Source: Candidatus Woesebacteria bacterium
GTDB lineage: Bacteria > Patescibacteriota > Microgenomatia > UBA8517
Direction of reading: 5' to 3'
Assembly (NCBI GenBank): GCA_020061305.1
Contig: JAGUYM010000014.1
Location: forward strand, 117,920-181,919
Length of the DNA stretch: 64,000 bases
In this document: positions 57,011 to 64,000 of the stretch, one piece after another
How the letters are laid out: every line of letters begins with the position of its first letter
Numbering within the stretch: position 1 is the stretch's first letter
Notes under the pieces: model-generated
What the model saw: only the letters and a program-made list of their open reading frames with translations
Databases searched by the model: none
What the model was told of the DNA's origin: nothing
Made by a program: the position numbers and the translations under genes

Positions 57011-57628
57011 ATGCCCAAAATAACTTCAATAGTTACACAAAAAAACAAAAACAGGGTTAGTGTCTTTTTGGATGACAAATTTTCATTTGGAATTGATCTT
57101 GATAATTTTTTCAAATTTAAATTAAAAGTAGAACAAGAGCTAAGTGAAGAAGAAATTGAAAAGATAAAAGAAACTTCAAATAAAAAAAAGATTTTAGACA
57201 ATATCATAAAGTTTGCAATGATTAGGCCACGAAGTGAAAAAGAAATTGTGGATTGGCTAAAACGCAGGCATATCGATGTATTAATACATCGATATGTGAT
57301 TAAAAAATTAGCAGGCCTAAAACTTATTAATGATTTAGACTTTGCAAAGTGGTGGGTGGAAATGCGACTTTCACAGGGAAAGTCGCAAAGATCTATGATT
57401 TATGATTTAAGATCTAAGGGAATAAGCGTGGAAACAATAAAACAAGTTTTGTCAGAAGTAGAAATTGATGAAGTGAAAATGGCAAAAGATTTAATAAATA
57501 AAAAAATGTATAAATGGCAAAGATTTGATGAAAAAATCCGTCGTCAAAAAATATCACAATACTTATTGGGCAAAGGTTTTGATTGGAATGTTATTAATAA
57601 TGTGGTAAAATTCGGAATAGGAGAATAA
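57011..57628 (+). CDS. recX: Regulatory protein RecX
   Basis: RPRSEKEI, INDLDFAKWW, LRSKGI, YLLGKGF; follows recA. Confidence 0.92.
   Translation: MPKITSIVTQKNKNRVSVFLDDKFSFGIDLDNFFKFKLKVEQELSEEEIEKIKETSNKKKILDNIIKFAMIRPRSEKEIVDWLKRRHIDVLIHRYVIKKLAGLKLINDLDFAKWWVEMRLSQGKSQRSMIYDLRSKGISVETIKQVLSEVEIDEVKMAKDLINKKMYKWQRFDEKIRRQKISQYLLGKGFDWNVINNVVKFGIGE
57269..57296. repeat. 28-bp perfect palindrome inside recX
   Basis: CATATCGATGTATTAATACATCGATATG equals its own reverse complement. Confidence 0.9.
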
Positions 57629-57678
57629 AGGTATGAGTAAATTAGATACATTTGCTTCCAGATTAAGCTCCGTTTTAT

Positions 57679-58842
57679 ATGGTAACGAATAACGATTATA
57701 TTAAAAAATTAGAGCAGGTTTCTAAAATGACTGCTGATGAGGCCAAAAAAGCACTTCTTGAGGAGGTCCAAAAGGGATTAACTTCAGAAATTGCTAAAAG
57801 AATAAGACAAGCTGAAGAAAAGATAAAACTTGAAGCCCACGAAAAATCGAAAGAAATCTTAGCAGATAGTCTAAAACATGGTGTTACTTCATTTGTTGCA
57901 GAGTATACAGTTTCTTCAATCACAGTTCCAAACGAAGAAGTAAAGGGAAGGATAATTGGTGCTGAAGGAAGAAATATTAGAGCTTTTGAAAAAGAAGCAG
58001 GAGTGGAGATTTTAATTGATGAAACAAATGAAATTAGGATATCAAGTTTTGATGCAGTCAGGCGCGAAATTGCCAAGAGAGCACTAGAAATTTTGATAAA
58101 AGACTCAAGAATTCAACCTTCAAGAATTGAAGAAGTCTTAAAACAGGTCAAGATAAATATGGAAGACGTACTATTGGAGGAAGGTAAGAAGGTTGCAGAG
58201 GAGTGTGGCGTTTATAATCTTCCTGTAGATTTGGTCAAATTAATTGGAAAGTTTAAATTCAGAACTTCTTATGGTCAAAACTTAGGACATCACACGATTG
58301 AAGAAACCAAAATCGGTGTTGCAATTGCTAACGAAATCGGAGCAAAAGTAGACACTGTTCGTTTAGGATGCTTGCTTCACGATATTGGAAAAGTTGTAAC
58401 TGACGAAGAAGGAAATCATGTGGATGTTGGAGTAGCAACACTTAAGAAATTCGGCATGCCGAAAGAGGTAATTGCTGTTGTCGCCGAACATCATGAAGAT
58501 AAGCCATTTTCTTCAATTGAAAGTTATGTCGTTTGGATTGCAGATGCGGCATCTGGTTCAAGGCCTGGTGCAAGGTATGAACCACACGAAGGTTATGTTA
58601 AAAGAATGGAAAAAATCGAGAATATTGCCAAAAGTTTCGAAGGTGTTGAACAGGCATTTGCATTCCAAGCAGGTCGTGATGTAAGAGTTTTTGTTAATCC
58701 TAAAGAAATTGACGATGATGGATTAACTGTTTTGGTTCATGATTTGGTCGGAAAACTTGAAAAAGAGGCTGAATACGCAGGCCAAGTAAAGGTTACGGCT
58801 GTTCGAGAAGTTAAGGTGGTTGACACAACTAAAGCCAAATAG
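57679..58842 (+). CDS. rny: Ribonuclease Y (KH + HD), lacking the N-terminal TM anchor
   Basis: KGRIIGAEGRNIR, RTSYGQN, LLHDIGK, SRPGAR, QAGRDVRV. Confidence 0.95.
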   Translation: MVTNNDYIKKLEQVSKMTADEAKKALLEEVQKGLTSEIAKRIRQAEEKIKLEAHEKSKEILADSLKHGVTSFVAEYTVSSITVPNEEVKGRIIGAEGRNIRAFEKEAGVEILIDETNEIRISSFDAVRREIAKRALEILIKDSRIQPSRIEEVLKQVKINMEDVLLEEGKKVAEECGVYNLPVDLVKLIGKFKFRTSYGQNLGHHTIEETKIGVAIANEIGAKVDTVRLGCLLHDIGKVVTDEEGNHVDVGVATLKKFGMPKEVIAVVAEHHEDKPFSSIESYVVWIADAASGSRPGARYEPHEGYVKRMEKIENIAKSFEGVEQAFAFQAGRDVRVFVNPKEIDDDGLTVLVHDLVGKLEKEAEYAGQVKVTAVREVKVVDTTKAK

Positions 58843-58848
58843 TATATT
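58820..58848 (+). promoter_or_regulatory. Promoter of the HU gene, overlapping the rny 3' end
   Basis: TTGACA-17-TATATT, 10 nt before ATG 58859. Confidence 0.7.
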
Positions 58849-58858
58849 ACAAACTGTA

Positions 58859-59134
58859 ATGACAAAAAGAGAATTAGTTGACCAAGTCTCAAGAAAGGCT
58901 CATTCTACAAAAAAAGGTGTTGAAGAAGTAATCGATGTTTTCCTCTCAGAAATTGGTAGAATTCTTTCAAAAGGAGAAAAAGTGGTCCTTTCTGGATTTG
59001 GAACTTTTAGGGTAATTTCAATGAAAGGAAAAACTGTAAAAATTCCAAAAACTGAAAAACTTGTAACAATTAAAACTCACAGAGCTCCCAAATTTACTCC
59101 TGGCAAAACCCTCAAGAGACAGGTATCAAGGTAA
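58859..59134 (+). CDS. hup: HU family DNA-binding protein
   Basis: MTKRELVD, GEKVVLSGFGTF, PKFTPGKTLK. Confidence 0.93.
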   Translation: MTKRELVDQVSRKAHSTKKGVEEVIDVFLSEIGRILSKGEKVVLSGFGTFRVISMKGKTVKIPKTEKLVTIKTHRAPKFTPGKTLKRQVSR

Positions 59135-59144
59135 GCCAGACAAA

Positions 59145-59222
59145 TGTTATTGCGAACCACATGGCGGGTGTGGTAATCTCTTGTTTTAGATTGTTTCGCC
59201 GCAACAGCTACTCCCAATAACA
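59145..59222. repeat. Degenerate REP/MITE-like palindromic element
   Basis: Terminal inverted repeats TGTTATTG...CAATAACA, internal GTAATCT/AGATTGT; higher GC than the flanks. Confidence 0.6.
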
Positions 59223-59280
59223 CCGATAGCTGTTTTTATTCGTGTCATTAGTGTCGTATAATGAAAATGGATGTAATAAA

Positions 59281-60264
59281 ATGGATAAGGCGATTGTTGT
59301 CGATAAACTCGTTAAAAATTTTGTTGTAACTGAAAAAGAAGCAGGGTTTGTGGGGGCATTGTCTTCAATATTTCATCCCGTTAAAAAAACTGTTGAAGCT
59401 TTAAAAAATATAACTTTCACAATTCAAAAAGGAGAACTGGTTGGGTTTATTGGCCCCAATGGTGCAGGCAAAACTACAACAATGAAGGTTCTTTCAGGCC
59501 TAATTCATCCCGATTCTGGTTTTGTATCAGTAATGGGACATGATCCATGGAAAAAATCTGGAAAATATTTAAAAAACATATCTCTTATAATGGGTCAAAA
59601 AAATCAGTTATGGTGGGATTTGCCTGTTATTGATTCATTGGAATTTAATAAGGCAGTTTATCAAATAAAAGATTCAGATTATGAAAAAAATCTAAGTAGT
59701 TTAGTCGAAATTTTAAAAATAGGGAATCTTCTTAAAACCCCAGTTAGAAAATTATCACTGGGGCAAAGAATGAAGGTTGAATTGGTTGCAGCTCTTATTC
59801 ATAACCCCCAAGTTTTATTTCTTGATGAGCCAACAGTTGGCCTTGATTTAGTAGCTCAGCAAGCTTTGAGGGATTTTATCTTTGAATATAACAGAAAAAA
59901 CGAGTCAACTGTTCTTTTAACCTCCCATAATATGGCTGATTTGGCAGATTTATCAAGAAGGGTGATTGTTATAAACGAAGGGAATATTGTTTATGATGGC
60001 CTACTTGAAAAATTGACTAAAAAATATGCGCCAAATAAAATTATAAAAGTTCTTTTTGAAAAAGAAGTAAGCTTGGAAGATTTACAAAAAATTGGAAATA
60101 TTGATAAATATAACTATCCTGAAGCAGTTATTTCTGTTCCCAGATCAACGATATCATATGTAGCTTCGGAACTTTTACAAAATTTTGATGTAATTGATAT
60201 CGATATTGAAGAGCCACCAATAGAAGATGTTATAAGGCAAGTGTTTGAGACAAAAGATTTTTAA
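59281..60264 (+). CDS. ABC-2 type transporter ATP-binding protein
   Basis: GPNGAGKTT, LSLGQRM, FLDEPT. Confidence 0.95.
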   Translation: MDKAIVVDKLVKNFVVTEKEAGFVGALSSIFHPVKKTVEALKNITFTIQKGELVGFIGPNGAGKTTTMKVLSGLIHPDSGFVSVMGHDPWKKSGKYLKNISLIMGQKNQLWWDLPVIDSLEFNKAVYQIKDSDYEKNLSSLVEILKIGNLLKTPVRKLSLGQRMKVELVAALIHNPQVLFLDEPTVGLDLVAQQALRDFIFEYNRKNESTVLLTSHNMADLADLSRRVIVINEGNIVYDGLLEKLTKKYAPNKIIKVLFEKEVSLEDLQKIGNIDKYNYPEAVISVPRSTISYVASELLQNFDVIDIDIEEPPIEDVIRQVFETKDF

Positions 60265-60268
60265 AAGC

Positions 60269-61069
60269 ATGCAAAAGTATATTTCTATTTTTAGGATCTC
60301 ACTTCAGCAGGAATTTATCTACAGATTAAATTTTATAATGTGGAGGGTTAGAAATATTATTCAAATATTAATTTTTTTCTTTCTTTGGGATTCGGTGTTT
60401 AGAGATCATCATCAAATAATTTTTGGGTATTCAAAAGAAAAAATTTTAACTTACGCATTTTTACTTTTATTTGTTAGAGCTTTTGTGATGTCGTCTCGTT
60501 CAAATGACGCAGCGGGTCAAATTGCAAATGGAGATTTATCAAATCTACTTCTGAAGCCATTAAATTTCTTCAAATATTGGTTGACAAGAGATTTGGCAAG
60601 TAAGTTTCTTAATTTAATTTTTTCAAGTTTCGAAATTGCAATATTGTTTTTTTTATTAAGACCTGACATTTTTATTCAGTTTAATCTATTAAACTGGTTA
60701 TATTTTGTTTTAGCAACACTTATTGCGATATTTATTTTTTTTAATATTTTAATGCTAACAAATTTTGTTCCATTTTGGGCTCCAGAAACTGCCTGGGGAG
60801 CACAGTTTTTGATAATAGTTATTATCACTGAATTTTTGTCAGGTGCATTTTTCCCCCTAGATGTGTTTCCGGAGGTGGTATTTGATATATTAAAATTTAC
60901 GCCTTTTCCATATTTAATTTATGTTCCAATTAAAATTTATTTAGGTGCTGATATAAGTTTTATTATTCAAAGTTTTGCAATTTCTGTTTTTTGGTCAATT
61001 GCTTTATGGAAAATAACCAATTTAGTTTATCAAAAGGGATTAAAAGTTTATGAAGGAGTTGGAAGATGA
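60269..61069 (+). CDS. ABC-2 type permease (DUF990-like)
   Basis: About 6 TM; GDLSNLLLKP, LSGAFFPL, PFPYLIYVP. Confidence 0.88.
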   Translation: MQKYISIFRISLQQEFIYRLNFIMWRVRNIIQILIFFFLWDSVFRDHHQIIFGYSKEKILTYAFLLLFVRAFVMSSRSNDAAGQIANGDLSNLLLKPLNFFKYWLTRDLASKFLNLIFSSFEIAILFFLLRPDIFIQFNLLNWLYFVLATLIAIFIFFNILMLTNFVPFWAPETAWGAQFLIIVIITEFLSGAFFPLDVFPEVVFDILKFTPFPYLIYVPIKIYLGADISFIIQSFAISVFWSIALWKITNLVYQKGLKVYEGVGR

Positions 61070-61860
61070 ATAAGAGAAAATTAAAATTTTACATAAAAAT
61101 TTGGTCAATAATGGCTAGGAATTCGTTTTTATCATGGTTAAATAAAAGAAGTACTCTTTTGATATTCATAACAGGGAAACTAATTCGTTATGCTTTTTCA
61201 TTTGGGTTTTTATATTTTTTGGTTAAAAACACCAATGGTTTTGGTGTTTTCAATGCAAACCAAGCCTTGTTTTTTGCCATAACCTTTTTATTTATTGATA
61301 CATTGGGTCAGCTGTTTTTTAGAAATGTTTATACATTTAGGCAATTAGTGGTTTCAGGAGACCTTGATATGGTTTTGGTAAAACCTGTAAATCCGCTATT
61401 CAGAGTTTTATTGGGTGGCCCTGATGTTATGGATTTAATTACTCTTCCACCAATTTTATTTGTAGTAATTTATATTGGTTCCCTTCTTGAGCCATCCATA
61501 CTACATACCATATTCTACATATTGCTAGTTCTGAATAGTCTTATAATATCTGCTTCAATCCACATTTTTGTTTTGGCAATTGGGATAATTACTTTAGAAA
61601 TTGATCATACGATAATGATTTTTAGGGATATTTCCTCAATGGGCAGAATTCCAATAGATTTATATAAAGAGCCATTAAAAAGCCTTTTAATTTTTGGAAT
61701 CCCAGTGGGGGTAATGATGACAATTCCTGCAAAAGCTATGATGGGAATAATATCTTTTTGGGGTGTGTTTTTCTCAATAGTTTTTGGAATTTCTTTATTT
61801 TATTTATCACTGCAATTTTGGAATTTCGCCCTAAAGAAGTATACTAGTGCCAGTAGTTAA
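61066..61860 (+). CDS. ABC-2 type permease (DUF990-like)
   Basis: About 6 TM; GDLDMVLVKPVNP, C-terminal YTSASS. Confidence 0.88.
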   Translation: MNKRKLKFYIKIWSIMARNSFLSWLNKRSTLLIFITGKLIRYAFSFGFLYFLVKNTNGFGVFNANQALFFAITFLFIDTLGQLFFRNVYTFRQLVVSGDLDMVLVKPVNPLFRVLLGGPDVMDLITLPPILFVVIYIGSLLEPSILHTIFYILLVLNSLIISASIHIFVLAIGIITLEIDHTIMIFRDISSMGRIPIDLYKEPLKSLLIFGIPVGVMMTIPAKAMMGIISFWGVFFSIVFGISLFYLSLQFWNFALKKYTSASS

Positions 61861-61861
61861 A

Positions 61862-62836
61862 ATGAAAAATAAGCAAAGATTGATACTTCGTAATAAACTT
61901 CTGGTAATTGTGGGGGTGACGGGGATGGGTAAGACGAAATTAGCCCTCTATCTTGCCCAAAAGTTTAATGGTGAAATAATTTCAGCCGATTCAAGGCAAG
62001 TCTATAAATACATGGACATAGGAACTGGTAAGGAATGGGGGAGTATTCACATACATGGATATGGCTTAGTTGATCCAAGAGAAAATTATAGTGTCTATGA
62101 TTTTTTTAAGTTTGGAAAAGCTACAATTGAAAATATTTGGTCAAGAAATAAACTTCCAATACTTGCTGGTGGCACTGGATTATATATAAAGAGCATTGTT
62201 GACGGAATTCAGACAATTGATATTCCCAAGAATGACAATTTAAGGATTGAGCTTGAAAAATTATCAACAAAAGAACTATTTGAAAAACTCGCAATACTTG
62301 ATAGCAGTAAAGCCGCCTCAATGAATTTGTCAGACAAAAATAATCCCAGAAGATTAATAAGGGCAATTGAAATAGCTACATGGAATATTGAAAATGGAGT
62401 TTCGTATAAAGAAATTGAAAAAAGAAAAGAAGTTTTAAATAAAAATGTTTCAGTTTTGATAATTGGATTAACTGCGCCAATTGAAAGAATTAATCAAAGA
62501 ATTGAAAAAAGAATTGAAGAAAGACTGAACAATGGATTTATTGATGAAATTGAAAATTTATTAAAAATGGGAGTTTCTTGGAAAAATCAATCTTTGAAAT
62601 CAATAGGATATAAAGAAGCAGAAGAATTTTTAAAAAAGGGGTTGGGATTTGAGGAGTTTATTGAAAAGTGGATAAAAAGCGAAACAGATTATGCCAAACG
62701 GCAAATAACTTGGTTTAAGAAGAATAAAAAAATATTATGGTTTGATATTTATAATAGAAATTATCCCAAGGATGTGGAAAGTGTAGTTAATAAATGGTAT
62801 TATTCTAATATTAATACAGATGACGAGAAAGGTTGA
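61862..62836 (+). CDS. miaA: tRNA dimethylallyltransferase
   Basis: ISADSRQVYKYMDIGTGK, GGTGLY, YAKRQITWF. Confidence 0.96.
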   Translation: MKNKQRLILRNKLLVIVGVTGMGKTKLALYLAQKFNGEIISADSRQVYKYMDIGTGKEWGSIHIHGYGLVDPRENYSVYDFFKFGKATIENIWSRNKLPILAGGTGLYIKSIVDGIQTIDIPKNDNLRIELEKLSTKELFEKLAILDSSKAASMNLSDKNNPRRLIRAIEIATWNIENGVSYKEIEKRKEVLNKNVSVLIIGLTAPIERINQRIEKRIEERLNNGFIDEIENLLKMGVSWKNQSLKSIGYKEAEEFLKKGLGFEEFIEKWIKSETDYAKRQITWFKKNKKILWFDIYNRNYPKDVESVVNKWYYSNINTDDEKG

Positions 62837-63794
62837 AATTTCACATAAAACAATAATATTTATCGCCGTTTTTATTGCCTCCTTGTGGTTTTTATATCTT
62901 ATTCGTGATATTGCACTTCAATTTTTTATAGCCCTTCTTTTAATGACAATTTTAAACCCTTTTATTGTCAGACTTTCAAAATTTAAAATTCCAAAAGCTA
63001 TATCAATTCTTTTTTCCTATGTTTTGTTTTTTGGAGTTTTAGGCTATGCAATTGCATCGATAATTCCCGCCTTAGTCGAACAGACAACCAATCTTGTTAA
63101 TAGTTTCCCTCGCTATATGCAAAATTTGGGACTGCAAAATTATTTGAATGATAATATAAATAGTGAACTAATTGCTCAGTTGGGCGCAATTCCGAGTCAA
63201 ATAATAAAGATTGTATTCTCACTTTTTGGCAATGTCTTAAGTATCTTAACTGTTGCCATTTTTGCATTTTATCTCCTTCTTCAAAGAGACAAATTAAGTG
63301 AAAGCTTAGCTTATATGGTAGGTGATGACAGGGCCAAAGGATTTACAAAATTTTTGGACAGCTTGGAAATTAATCTAGGGGGATGGGCTAGAGGTCAGTT
63401 TTTGTTGATGTTTTTAATTGGTCTTTCAACCTATATTGGACTGTTACTATTGGGTATTCCATATGCACTTCCACTTGCAATGTTTGCAGGAGTTTTTGAA
63501 ATTATTCCTTATGTCGGGCCAATTATTGCAGCGGTGCCAGTTGTAATTTTAGGCTTTAGCATTTCTCCATTTTTAGGACTTGCAGCATTGGGCTTAACAA
63601 TTCTAATTCAACAATTGGAAAATTATGTGTTTGTCCCAAAAATAATGGAAAAATCAACAGGGGTACCACCAGTTATTACACTTTTGTCACTTGCAATTGG
63701 TTATGAATTTGCAGGAATTGTGGGGATGATAATATCAGTTCCAATTGTAGTAATTCTTCAAACTATCCTGATTCACAAATACGGGAAAAACTAG
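62820..63794 (+). CDS. AI-2E (PerM/TqsA) family transporter
   Basis: IPYVGP, QQLENYVFVPKIM; multiple TMs. Confidence 0.92.
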   Translation: MTRKVEISHKTIIFIAVFIASLWFLYLIRDIALQFFIALLLMTILNPFIVRLSKFKIPKAISILFSYVLFFGVLGYAIASIIPALVEQTTNLVNSFPRYMQNLGLQNYLNDNINSELIAQLGAIPSQIIKIVFSLFGNVLSILTVAIFAFYLLLQRDKLSESLAYMVGDDRAKGFTKFLDSLEINLGGWARGQFLLMFLIGLSTYIGLLLLGIPYALPLAMFAGVFEIIPYVGPIIAAVPVVILGFSISPFLGLAALGLTILIQQLENYVFVPKIMEKSTGVPPVITLLSLAIGYEFAGIVGMIISVPIVVILQTILIHKYGKN

Positions 63795-63817
63795 AGCGAT
63801 TTTGGTATAATACACTT

Positions 63818-64000
63818 GAAGCATATTAATAGGTGGGACAATTGCTCCGTTTTTTTGGCGGAGAGGAAAGTCCAGGCAGTAGGAAACAGGGTGTTCCGTC
63901 GCAAGGCGGGAGGGTTCGGTATAATAACCGGACGACAGTCAGAGCAACAGAGACGATAAATATGAAACGGGCAATCCTCCCCACTGCAACCTCCGAATTA
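63818..64000 (+). ncRNA. rnpB: RNase P RNA (3' end beyond the window; 5' end approximate)
   Basis: GAGGAAAGTCC 63863-63873, AGAGCAACAGAGA, TGAAACGGGCAATCC; TGGTATAAT promoter at 63803-63811. Confidence 0.92.

Noticed and set aside
59281-61860. ABC-2 cassette as part of a bacteriocin or defence cluster
   Set aside because: No precursor peptide or modification enzyme adjacent; an ordinary three-gene ABC-2 module.
152-62366. Numerous 60-150 aa antisense or alternate-frame ORFs in the track (e.g. 152-385, 13438-13764, 30511-30957, 57696-58076)
   Set aside because: They lie within well-identified conserved genes and show no recognisable motifs; treated as shadow ORFs.
1-64000. Alternative genetic code (TGA recoding), introns or inteins in rpoB, rpoC or recA
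   Set aside because: TGA acts as a normal stop at many gene ends and conserved genes translate full length under code 11 without insertions of that size.

Overview
AT-rich housekeeping region of a bacterial chromosome. It is most likely Patescibacteria/CPR (Microgenomates-like); this is inferred from the missing rpmD/L30, trimmed ribosomal proteins, short IF2 and AlaRS, and the EF-G G4 variant. Contents in order: a minus-strand pilN-pilO-small membrane protein-Ig/Fn3 surface protein operon; divergent rpsT and murJ; the CIRCE-controlled hrcA-grpE-dnaK-dnaJ operon; nusA-infB-DHH; rpsO-pnp; an AAA-only Lon, a phosphoesterase, UDG, rnj, ftsK, rodZ-like and alaS; an FtsA-like/baseplate-J-like membrane protein, sortase, ruvX and mltG; rpoBC; the str operon interrupted by an antisense two-gene cassette; the S10/spc/alpha clusters with rplM-rpsI; recA-recX-rny, HU, an ABC-2 exporter, miaA, an AI-2E transporter and the 5' part of a reduced RNase P RNA. 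No tRNA, rRNA, CRISPR array or transposase was seen. Most notable observations: (1) dispersed short-period repeats and palindromes with a shared architecture, found upstream of core genes and in frame inside proteins; (2) the DUF5674-like cassette inside the str operon; (3) pervasive leaderless-type promoters, including a bidirectional one; (4) core enzymes with altered canonical motifs (EF-G NKLN, cysteine-free family-4 UDG, RNase J, Lon without a protease domain); (5) a sortase and a candidate TPETG substrate. All calls come from manual motif recognition; no database searches were run.
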